From NCBI GenBank assembly GCA_963714855.1, contig CAVQPT010000009.1:31438-95437 (forward strand): DNA of 64,000 bases. Reading direction: 5' to 3'. A program made the translations under genes and the position numbers. The DNA is from an uncultured Bacteroidota bacterium. Its GTDB lineage: Bacteria; Bacteroidota; Ignavibacteria; UBA10030; UBA6906. The notes beneath the pieces are model-generated. The model was given only the letters and a program-made list of their open reading frames with translations. It had not been told where the DNA came from and ran no database searches. Within the stretch, counting starts at the first letter, position 1. Every line of letters starts with the position of its first letter. Below are positions 8,015-15,466 of the stretch, piece by piece.

Positions 8015-8153
8015 AGCCTAGAGCGGCCTAACGGTCGCGCCTTACCTGCGCCGCGAAACGAATGCTTAATTGCAAGCAACCAACATCTATAACAGATTAC
8101 GGTGACGACCCCGATGCCCCAGACGCGGCGTCAGGTACAGGCGCTGGTTAGCG
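8015..8153 (-). other. attC recombination site, family B
   Basis: GCCTAAC (8015-8021) GGTCGCGCCTTACCTGCGCCGCGAAACGAATGCTTAATTGCAAGCAACCAACATCTATAACAGA ... CGCGGCGTCAGGTACAGGCGCTGGTTAGCG (GTTAGCG 8147-8153). Confidence 0.6.
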
Positions 8154-8173
8154 CAGCTAAGCCTGTCGTCTCA

Positions 8174-8689
8174 TCAATGATTGGGGTTCAGTGCGTTTGG
8201 CTCGCGACCTATAGCCGCAGCTGTGTCCGGTGGCATGATGAATAAGTAGTCATGGCCCAACGCTCCACCGAAAACTGCGCCGCAAAATCCACCCAACGTG
8301 ATGCTTCCCATCAGAAGGAATCCCTTCCCCATTCTTGCGTCTCCCCCCGATCCCATTCCGGTGCCAGCGACAAGACCGAAGGCAGCGCCACCGAGCCCTC
8401 CCAGCATCATCCCCTCCATCGCGCCACCGCCATGATGTGTCACTCGTACCGATGCGACGTCTCGAGAACAAACAGAAAGCTGACTGTCGCTTCGTGGATC
8501 CGTGAAGCGCGTTGTATCCTCACCAAACATCAAATGCTCGGCTTCAAGGGCTACACCTGAACGAAGCATCAGCACCGCAGAACTTTCCTGAACTTTGTGA
8601 TTCGCGTCCATTGGCGACCGCAAAGGAACTGTCGTCGTGCAACCTGATGCAAAGATGCACACGAAGACCACGAGCACAATTTGTCTCAT
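8174..8689 (-). CDS. glycine-zipper lipoprotein (hypothetical)
   Basis: 171-aa ORF; lipobox ASGC; Gly-rich membrane-associating segment GLGGAAFGLVAGTGMGSGG; GAGG RBS 5 nt upstream of the ATG. Confidence 0.55.
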   Translation of the reverse strand: MRQIVLVVFVCIFASGCTTTVPLRSPMDANHKVQESSAVLMLRSGVALEAEHLMFGEDTTRFTDPRSDSQLSVCSRDVASVRVTHHGGGAMEGMMLGGLGGAAFGLVAGTGMGSGGDARMGKGFLLMGSITLGGFCGAVFGGALGHDYLFIMPPDTAAAIGREPNALNPNH

Positions 8690-8711
8690 GCCGGCCTCAT
8701 CAATCTGCCAC

Positions 8712-9215
8712 CTATTCCAACAGTACGCCCGAGAGTTTCAGCGACAAGTACACTCTCGAATCGCCCCTCTTGTCGATTGCGCCGTTCGCCAGTTGAATCC
8801 TGTAGGGAAGCGGCGCGATCGCTTCGATCACAGCACATGCAGGAGGCATGCTTGAAGAATATGCCCACCAGAATGTCCCGAGATAGATACGATCGTTCCC
8901 GACGGTTACCACGAAGGGGACACCGCGTGTTGTTCCATGTGCCAATAGAAACTGCTCATATAGTGCACGCGCACTCTGCATAAGTGTAAAGGCATGCGTT
9001 GACCAGACATAGGAGTTCAGGTCATGGACGTCCAAGAGTGCTGAGTCGGCCAAGGCCAAGCTCCCGATCGGTTGCGAGAATGCATCGTTTGCGGTTAGTG
9101 TCGAGTCCCTTAGAAGATAGATTGCGAAAGAGCCTTCCGGGAATTCCTGATCTGACGTTGGGAAAGGGCACGCGAACAAAAGCACCGAGCATGAGATGAC
9201 GACGATGTATTTCAT
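8712..9215 (-). CDS. lipoprotein (hypothetical), first gene of the attI-proximal two-gene cassette
   Basis: Internal ATG (9213-9215) gives MKYIVVISCSVLLFACPFP... (lipobox) with a GGTGGAG RBS; the longer track ORF 8712..9425 would overlap the intI start and the attI core. Confidence 0.5.
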   Translation of the reverse strand: MKYIVVISCSVLLFACPFPTSDQEFPEGSFAIYLLRDSTLTANDAFSQPIGSLALADSALLDVHDLNSYVWSTHAFTLMQSARALYEQFLLAHGTTRGVPFVVTVGNDRIYLGTFWWAYSSSMPPACAVIEAIAPLPYRIQLANGAIDKRGDSRVYLSLKLSGVLLE

Positions 9216-9247
9216 GGCAATCTCCACCGAGTTCAATCGAGGCTGCC

Positions 9248-9412
9248 GCCTAACATTTAGTAGGTTATAAATTGAGATCGAAAGTGCTGGGGTTGTTGTG
9301 GTATATGTTTGCGTGTAGTCCGCTTGAGGGGCGGGAAATACTGCGCGCTGACAACGATGTGCCCCACACGAGAGGGATGGGCTGCGAGTAATTCCAAGAA
9401 TCCACCGCGACA
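9248..9412 (-). promoter_or_regulatory. putative attI site and divergent Pc/PintI promoter region
   Basis: GTTAGGC core (plus-strand gcctaac 9248-9254) about 33 nt upstream of the first cassette gene's start; AT-rich stretch between the first cassette and the intI ATG at 9413. Confidence 0.35.
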
Positions 9413-10134
9413 ATGCCACCACCAAAACTCCTCGACCAAGTCCGTACTACCGCCGCCCTCCGACACCTCAGCCCCCGAACTATAGAAGCATATGTCCAGT
9501 GGATCAAATGATTCGTTCTCTTTCATGACAAACGACACCCACTCGAAATGGGCGCACCAGAAATCCATACGTTCCTCTCGCACCTCGCACAAGCCCTCAA
9601 CGTCTCGGCGTCGACCCAAAATCAAGCCCTCAATGCGCTTGCATTCCTCTACCACCAAGTCCTCAAACGTACGCTTGGCGAACTCGGAAACCTCCCCCGC
9701 ACCAAGCGGCAAAAACGCCTCCCCGTTGTCTTTTCCCCGGCTGAGGCGCGACAGGTTCTCTCCTGCCTCACCGGCGTCGAAAACCTCATGGCATCCCTCC
9801 CTACGGGTCAGGCCTCCGCCTCACAGAATGCATCTCGCTTCGCGTAAAAGACATCGATCTCGACAAACACCTGATCCTTGTCAGACAGGCTAAGGGAGAA
9901 AAGGATCGAGTCACAATGCTCCCCCACAGTATCTTGCCAAGCCTCTTCCGTCAGCTCGAAACCGTCAGGGAAATCCACCACCGCGATATGCTCGATCAAT
10001 ACGCCGGCGCTACATTCCGGGAATCTCTCGAACGAAAGTACCCCAATGGACCACGAGAGCTCGCCTGGCAATACCTGTTCCCCGTCCTCACCAAAGGTGG
10101 CCTGGCTGTCCGAAGCCCGCTGGATGAACCGTGA
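9413..10134 (+). pseudogene. intI: integron integrase intI remnant: in-frame TGA, frameshift, and internal deletion of the catalytic region
   Basis: MPPPKLLDQVRTTAALRHLSPRTIEAYVQWIK*FVLFHDKRHPLEMGAPEIHTFLSHLAQALNVSASTQNQALNALAFLYHQVLK...RLPVVFSPAEARQVLSCLTGVENLMAS / frameshift / PPYGSGLRLTECISLRVKDIDLDKHLILVRQAKGEKDRVTMLPHSILPSLFRQLETVREIHHRDMLDQYAGATFRESLERKYPNGPRELAWQYLFPV-LTKGGLAVRSPLDEP*. This aligns with IntI1, including the IntI-specific ALERKYP segment. About 85 aa carrying box II and the catalytic Tyr are missing. Confidence 0.8.
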
Positions 10135-10659
10135 GTAGCAGTGGTTGTGATACATGGAGGTTCCCCCCGGGAAAGGTCTGTACCACCCGCCGGTCAAAGT
10201 TCGACGCCTGACTGTTGCAGAAATATAGAGATGATTCAGCGGCTTGTCAAGACCACCACCCGGGAAGCCCTGGCAGAGAAGAACTGACAACCAGATGCAC
10301 CTTCGCACTCCTCCTGTATATCGCCGTCAAGATTCTTCTGACAACTCCGACCTGTGCTTGCTGCTGCAATTTGCCTTTGCGTTTCTCCCCCATTCCAAGT
10401 ATCTTGCTGCGTAACGATCGTGTTCGCAAGGAGCCCCCGGTTCTTCCGTGTATCATGTCCCTCGAGCCCTTCAAGTCCGGCAAACTCATCGCCGAACTGT
10501 AGAGGGAACCCGGCCTCACCCATGTCATCACGCTGGCATCCAACGAGAACCCGCCCGGGGTAACCCCGCATATACAGACGCCCCCGGCGGGGACATGCTC
10601 CCGAAGAACGAAGGACTCTTGTGATCGGACGCCCGATCCTCTCATCGAAGGAAGAGATC

Positions 10660-12540
10660 ATGATGCTAAGAAGTGTCTCGCGGATCACAGCGCCACTGTA
10701 TGTTCTGTGTCTGTTGTTCCCGCTTTCCGTTGTGGCAGAAGACAATAATCAAGGAGCCATGAGAATGGATTCGAAGCAGAAGGTGATCTTTACCTGTCCT
10801 ACCAACAGTATGGAGGAGTTCCGTCGATTGGCCAGGCAGGCGGCCGAATTGGGTGCCACCCACGTGGCGATCAGCGACCTGCCGAAAAGCCGATGGCAGT
10901 GGGAACTGGACCTGAACGATCCGTATCCCACCTGGGGGATGCTCGTCACATCGATATTCAAAGTGGTGGTGCCCGAGGAATTGAAGCCATTCATTCCTGC
11001 CGACTATGCGAAGAAGAATCTGCAGATCGTAAAGGAACGATGCGTCATACTGAAAGAGTTGGGATTGAAAGCAGCGTTCTTTGGCAAAGAGCCGGCGTGG
11101 CTGCCGGAAGCGGTGTATCAAGCTCATCCGGAATGGCGCGGTCCACGCTGCGAGCATCCGCGACGCGCACGGCATACCTATTATGCACCCTGTATCGACC
11201 GGCCGGAAGTGCTGGCCATGTATCGCAAGGCGGTGGCGGAGTTGTGTCGCCAGGCACCCATCGAGGTTTTTTCCTTGTTGACTAACGATTCCGGTGGCGG
11301 CATCTGCTGGAGCGTCAGCCTCTATCCCGGCCAGAACGGACCGTCATGGTGCGAGAAACGATCCTATGCCGACCGTGTCGTCGGATTCATATCCACCATA
11401 CAAGACGGCGCCAGGGATGCTGGCCTGCAAGCCGAGGTTTCCATGAACTATGGCTCCGGCTATATCTCGCAGGCCGAAGTGGCATCGGTGATCCCGCTGC
11501 TCAAATCCGGGCAGGCACTCAATTTCAAGACCCGGGACGAATCCGTGCCAACACGTACCATCGGCTACAATTTTTACATCAGCGGTGTCGGTCCCGTCCT
11601 GGGGATCCCCCAAGTCTTCCGGGTCGCGGAGCAGTTGCAGGACGCCTCGAGCGATCAGACGACAAACCGGACGTTCATGATGGATGAGGCCAACGCGCCG
11701 GAGTACTTCGAACTGGTGCGTCAGTTCCGCAACAACCCGGCCACAACCATGATCGGTCGTATGCAGAACATTTTGCGCACTGCGGAACATTTCGCCGGTC
11801 CCGAAGGTGCACATCACCTGATGCAGGCATGGGACAAGATTGGCCGGGCAGCGTTGATCGTACACAATCTATCCGGCGATCCGCTCATGCTCGTCGGCAC
11901 AGTCAACCAGCGCTGGATCACCCGACCACTGGTACCGTTCCCCATGGAGCTGACGCCGGAAGAGAAGGACTATTACCGCAAGTACCAGTTCCAGTCCAAC
12001 TCCGAGGAAGAAGCAGCGGACCTGATGAATCTGCAGGGATTCGAGGTGATCAACGGATTCTCCGGAACGATGATCGCTGGCACCCAGTTCACGCAGGCGA
12101 TCGCACTGCTGCAGTCGGCCATTGACGATCTCGGCAAGGTAACGAAGGCACCGGACGATCAATGGGCAGTGTTGCAGAACAGAGTGCGGACGTTGGTCTG
12201 CTTCTATCGCAACGTGCTTTACACCAGCCAGTACCAGGACATCCTGGACCGGTCGGACTATTCAAAGCCACCTGTCGAGCAGAACATCTATCCCATGGAT
12301 GGTGATCAGCTCCTGCGGGAGATTCAGATCGTTACCCGGCACGACATTGACAACACCAATGAACTGATCCGGTTACTGGAGACAAGCAGGGTGCCTCTGG
12401 TGCAAACGGCGCCGACCAAAGAGGAAGAGGAGATATTTACCCTGGGTCCGGATCTCATTGATCAATTGAAAAAGAAGGTGGCGATCACACTGAAGCATCA
12501 ACTGGAGGTGCATCGGTTGTATCACCGCCGACAGGGGTAG
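10660..12540 (+). CDS. secreted hypothetical protein (signal peptide)
   Basis: 639-aa track ORF; AAGGAAGAG RBS before ATGATG at 10660; N-terminal signal peptide MMLRSVSRITAPLYVLCLLFPLSVVA. Confidence 0.6.
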   Translation: MMLRSVSRITAPLYVLCLLFPLSVVAEDNNQGAMRMDSKQKVIFTCPTNSMEEFRRLARQAAELGATHVAISDLPKSRWQWELDLNDPYPTWGMLVTSIFKVVVPEELKPFIPADYAKKNLQIVKERCVILKELGLKAAFFGKEPAWLPEAVYQAHPEWRGPRCEHPRRARHTYYAPCIDRPEVLAMYRKAVAELCRQAPIEVFSLLTNDSGGGICWSVSLYPGQNGPSWCEKRSYADRVVGFISTIQDGARDAGLQAEVSMNYGSGYISQAEVASVIPLLKSGQALNFKTRDESVPTRTIGYNFYISGVGPVLGIPQVFRVAEQLQDASSDQTTNRTFMMDEANAPEYFELVRQFRNNPATTMIGRMQNILRTAEHFAGPEGAHHLMQAWDKIGRAALIVHNLSGDPLMLVGTVNQRWITRPLVPFPMELTPEEKDYYRKYQFQSNSEEEAADLMNLQGFEVINGFSGTMIAGTQFTQAIALLQSAIDDLGKVTKAPDDQWAVLQNRVRTLVCFYRNVLYTSQYQDILDRSDYSKPPVEQNIYPMDGDQLLREIQIVTRHDIDNTNELIRLLETSRVPLVQTAPTKEEEEIFTLGPDLIDQLKKKVAITLKHQLEVHRLYHRRQG

Positions 12541-12607
12541 AGAAGGCGGAACGGCACCGGAAGCGGATACCATCGCCACGCGGCACCCCTGGCCCGCCGG
12601 CAAACAC

Positions 12608-12644
12608 GAGCGCCCAACGGTCTCCCGTCAGGCGCTCTTTTCTC
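12608..12644 (+). terminator. rho-independent terminator
   Basis: GAGCGCC-16 nt loop-GGCGCTC followed by TTTTCTC, about 70 nt after the stop of the 10660..12540 gene. Confidence 0.4.
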
Positions 12645-12689
12645 ACTTCTACCCTTTTCCTTGCCGTTCCGCTCCGCGGAACGGCTCAG

Positions 12690-12762
12690 TGCCCCCAACG
12701 AGATTCGAACTCGTGTTACAGGCTTGAAAAGCCCGTGTCCTAGGCCTCTAGACGATGGGGGC
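12690..12762 (-). tRNA. tRNA-Glu (anticodon TTC)
   Basis: Reverse complement GCCCCCATCGTCTAGAGGCCTAGGACACGGGCTTTTCAAGCCTGTAACACGAGTTCGAATCTCGTTGGGGGCA folds as a cloverleaf with GTTCGAATC T-loop; CCA not encoded. Confidence 0.85.
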
Positions 12763-12766
12763 AATG

Positions 12767-12839
12767 TGACCCCGCCGCGACTCGAACGCGGAACCTACAG
12801 CTTAGAAGGCTGTTGCTCTATCCGTTGAGCTACGGGGCC
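12767..12839 (-). tRNA. tRNA-Arg (anticodon TCT)
   Basis: Reverse complement GGCCCCGTAGCTCAACGGATAGAGCAACAGCCTTCTAAGCTGTAGGTTCCGCGTTCGAGTCGCGGCGGGGTCA; 4-nt spacer from tRNA-Glu. Confidence 0.85.
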
Positions 12840-13015
12840 ATCCTACTGTTCTCTCCCGCTGAAACCGGCCGGGATGATACTGCGGGGTATCCTTGAAACA
12901 ACAATCCAAGACGATGAATATACCAAAAAAGTCAAAATCTTGCAACCTGACAACAAGAAAGGGAACGGCACCACGGTTGTCGTCCATGGTGCCGTCGTTT
13001 GCTATCAATACCGTG

Positions 13016-13089
13016 TCGGGGCGACAGGATTTGAACCTGCGACTTCTTGCTCCCAAAGCAAGCGCTCTGCCGGGCTGAGCTACGCCCCG
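13016..13089 (-). tRNA. tRNA-Pro (anticodon TGG)
   Basis: Reverse complement CGGGGCGTAGCTCAGCCCGGCAGAGCGCTTGCTTTGGGAGCAAGAAGTCGCAGGTTCAAATCCTGTCGCCCCGA. Confidence 0.85.
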
Positions 13090-13438
13090 AAACTTACTTC
13101 CGACACCCTCTCTACATGCTACAACTCTTGAACCCAGCAGTATTTCTGGACCTGTAACTTTGGCGCCAAAGGCGCCACGCTCTGCCGGGTCCGTTCCCGC
13201 AAAAGGCGGGAACGCGACTCTCGTCTCCGCCACAGGCGGAGACGGAGCTGAGCTACGCCCCGAAACTTACTTCCGACACCCTCTCTACATGCTACAACTC
13301 TTGAACCCAGCAGTATTTCTGGACCTGTAACTTTGGCGCCAAAGGCGCCACGCTCTGCCGGGTCCGTTCCCGCAAAAGGCGGGAACGCGACTCTCGTCTC
13401 CGCCACAGGCGGAGACGGAGCTGAGCTACGCCCTGAAA
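13075..13438 (-). repeat. tandem direct repeat, 173-bp period, 2 full copies plus a partial third; each copy begins with the 5' 15 nt of tRNA-Pro
   Basis: Copies 13075-13247 and 13248-13420 are near-identical, and 13421-13438 repeats the start; this explains the duplicated ORF fragments 12802..13233 and 13119..13406. Confidence 0.8.
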
Positions 13439-13565
13439 AGCCCTCCTAATATACACATCTTCCCCCCGCCTTTCAACCTCCCCTCTGCAGTGTGCTCTGT
13501 GTCACGGCTCAATTGCCAGCCTCATAGTATTTTGTCTACACATCGCTCCACCACTGGTATGAGCT

Positions 13566-13835
13566 ATGAGCAACCGCAAAGACAATATCCCTGTTCCACA
13601 ATGGAAATACGCGGCAAGCATCTATCTGCCCCGCCACCACTGCCTGATCTTCCGCGATGATGCGCTGGGCGTGCAGAAACAGGTGCTAACCCGCCGGTCA
13701 TCCCTCCCGTTCTTCGCCCGCGAACGAGCATACTTCTTCATCGACGGGAAAAAGAATACCTTCCGGTCTGAGGAGAAACTCCTCCGCATCCTCTCGTCAC
13801 TCCCTCGCAATGGGCGGAACAAGGTACGACGGTAG
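13566..13835 (+). CDS. hypothetical small protein (weak call)
   Basis: 89-aa ORF only; no recognizable family. Confidence 0.2.
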   Translation: MSNRKDNIPVPQWKYAASIYLPRHHCLIFRDDALGVQKQVLTRRSSLPFFARERAYFFIDGKKNTFRSEEKLLRILSSLPRNGRNKVRR

Positions 13836-13838
13836 TCG

Positions 13839-15440
13839 CTACCGCACCAGCACCATCCGCTTCGTCTCTGCAAATCCGCCCGCTTCGAGCCGGTAGAAAT
13901 ACACCCCGCTCGACAATCCCGAAGCGTTGAAACCGACCCGATACTGCCCCGGCGGCATCTGCCCGTCCACCAGCGTCGCCACCTCCTTCCCCGTCACATC
14001 AAAGACCTTCAACAGCACCATGCCGCCGCCACGGCTTCCGTTTCCCGACACTGCGATCCTGTACCCGATCTGTGTTTCACCGTTAAAGGGATTCGGATAG
14101 TTCTGCTCCAGCGCGAAGGTCTGCGGTAACGGCTCTTCGTCTACCGCCAGGATGGCATCCGGCCTGATAATCGGTAATGGTGAGGGCTGACCCGGAAGGA
14201 CCGATTGCAGCTGACCCATCGTCGCCCCGAACCAGTCGCGCAGGATCCCCGCATACACCGCACGGAAATCAAACTGCATGGGAATGTTGTCGCCGGTCGT
14301 CGCCGCAGAAGGTAAAACGGGATTCGACCCGAGAACACCGCCGTTGACAGCCGCCCCAAACACAAAGAGCGGCGCTGCAGCTCCATGGTCCGTCCCTGTG
14401 CTGGCGTTCGATTTGATCCTCCTCCCGAACTCCGAAAACGTCATGCCGATGACCCGCTGCTCCTGGCCGAGCAGCTTCATGTCGTCCATGAACGCCGCAA
14501 TGGCGCCCGATACGCGTCCCAGAAGCGTTGCGTGCGTGCCGGTGGCCGTCGCTCCGCCCACCACCTGGGCCGAATGCGTGTCGAATCCTCCGATGTTCGC
14601 CACGTACACGCGTGTTTTCAACCCGCCCGCGATAAGCTGGGCAATAATTTTCATCTGGTCCGCAAGCGAATTGGTGCCCGCTGCCGGATACAGGGTAGAT
14701 TTGTTTGTCCCCCTTCCGGCGGCACTCTTGATCACGGTGGCGTACTGCGATGTCTGTTCCGCGACTTCCCGGACAAATGAAAGTTCGTGCCCCGCCGGTG
14801 TCGGCGGGGGAACGTCGACTCCCCCGGGGAGAAGATACGTGGCGTTCGGGTTGGTGATCGCCAGACCCATCGAGCCCGACGGGCCCTGCAATCCCGGCGT
14901 CACAACAGAGCCGATTTGAATTGCCAGTGGATCCGGCATCGCCGACGTCGGAAACGCGCCGGGGTAGCCGGGATATTCTCCGTCCAGATACCGCCCCAGC
15001 CATCCCGATGTCAGAATCTGGTTGGAATCGGATGCCGTGAGCCATATGTCGGTGGCCCGGAAATGGGAAAAGTTCGGGTTGGGATAACCCACGCTCTGGA
15101 CCACCACGATCTTCCCTTCCTGATACAATGCCTGCAGTCCAGTCATGGCCGGATGCAGCCCTGTTGCGTCCGTCAGGGGGAGGACGCTGGCCTCCGGGAT
15201 CATGATGTTCGAGCGTGCAGCTGCAAGTGCGCTGTATTGATCGCGCGGGATGACCGTGTTCAATCCGTCGTTTCCACCGTTGAGCTGAATCAGAACCAGG
15301 ACCCGGTCGGTATCTGCGGCAATGGCTGCCAGGCGATCAAGAAAGCCCGAACGCCCGTAGGCCGTAAGCGAAAATCCGCCCAACAGAAATGGAATTGTTG
15401 TGACAGGCACAGTATGTCGTAAGAACGCTCTGCGGTTCAT
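13839..15440 (-). CDS. DUF1501 domain protein with twin-arginine signal and C-terminal T9SS sorting domain
   Basis: GAGGGAG RBS 6 nt before ATG at 15438-15440 (MNRRAFLRHTVPV...); sulfatase-like DUF1501 core; C-terminus ...VFDVTGKEVATLVDG...YFYRLEAGGFAETKRMVLVR is a T9SS type-A CTD. Confidence 0.8.
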   Translation of the reverse strand: MNRRAFLRHTVPVTTIPFLLGGFSLTAYGRSGFLDRLAAIAADTDRVLVLIQLNGGNDGLNTVIPRDQYSALAAARSNIMIPEASVLPLTDATGLHPAMTGLQALYQEGKIVVVQSVGYPNPNFSHFRATDIWLTASDSNQILTSGWLGRYLDGEYPGYPGAFPTSAMPDPLAIQIGSVVTPGLQGPSGSMGLAITNPNATYLLPGGVDVPPPTPAGHELSFVREVAEQTSQYATVIKSAAGRGTNKSTLYPAAGTNSLADQMKIIAQLIAGGLKTRVYVANIGGFDTHSAQVVGGATATGTHATLLGRVSGAIAAFMDDMKLLGQEQRVIGMTFSEFGRRIKSNASTGTDHGAAAPLFVFGAAVNGGVLGSNPVLPSAATTGDNIPMQFDFRAVYAGILRDWFGATMGQLQSVLPGQPSPLPIIRPDAILAVDEEPLPQTFALEQNYPNPFNGETQIGYRIAVSGNGSRGGGMVLLKVFDVTGKEVATLVDGQMPPGQYRVGFNASGLSSGVYFYRLEAGGFAETKRMVLVR

Positions 15441-15466
15441 CGTTTTCTCCCTCACAGGTGGCTCCC

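Larger units (their letters stand above)
3295..10134. mobile_element. degenerate chromosomal integron (delta-intI, attI, cassette array with attC sites); older decayed cassettes probably continue to nt 1
   Basis: intI homolog transcribed divergently from a unidirectional array of small low-GC genes, each followed by a conserved inverted-repeat element with RYYYAAC/GTTRRRY cores. Confidence 0.7.

Noticed and set aside
3295-8153. Repeated ~150-nt intergenic elements as a CRISPR array, REP/MITE elements or riboswitches
   Set aside because: The units are 130-170 nt rather than short direct repeats with unique spacers. They occur once per gene, in one orientation, next to an intI homolog, with attC core motifs and stop codons inside the core. 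No conserved aptamer-like core was seen.
9509-9511. In-frame TGA in intI as selenocysteine or an alternative genetic code (TGA = Trp/Gly)
   Set aside because: Other genes in the window clearly terminate at TGA (for example at 6475, 7283, 8174). There is no SECIS-like hairpin, and the same gene carries two further lesions.
9257-9712. 151-aa minus-strand ORF overlapping attI and the intI 5' end
   Set aside because: It lies antisense to the recognizable IntI N-terminal region and spans the attI core. It has no start context or family similarity.
10135-10320. Possible additional out-of-frame remnant of the IntI C-terminal domain (…MIQRLVKTTTREALAEKN vs IntI FQRAFKRAVEQAGI)
   Set aside because: The similarity is very weak and short. 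The strong match of LTKGGLAVRSPLDEP to the extreme IntI C-terminus indicates the ORF already ends.
12541-12700. Perfect 9-bp hairpin CCGTTCCGC-TCC-GCGGAACGG next to tRNA-Glu as an intrinsic terminator
   Set aside because: It is not followed by a U-tract on the strand where the tRNAs are transcribed. The nearby GAGCGCC...GGCGCTC-TTTTCTC structure is the better terminator, for the plus-strand gene.
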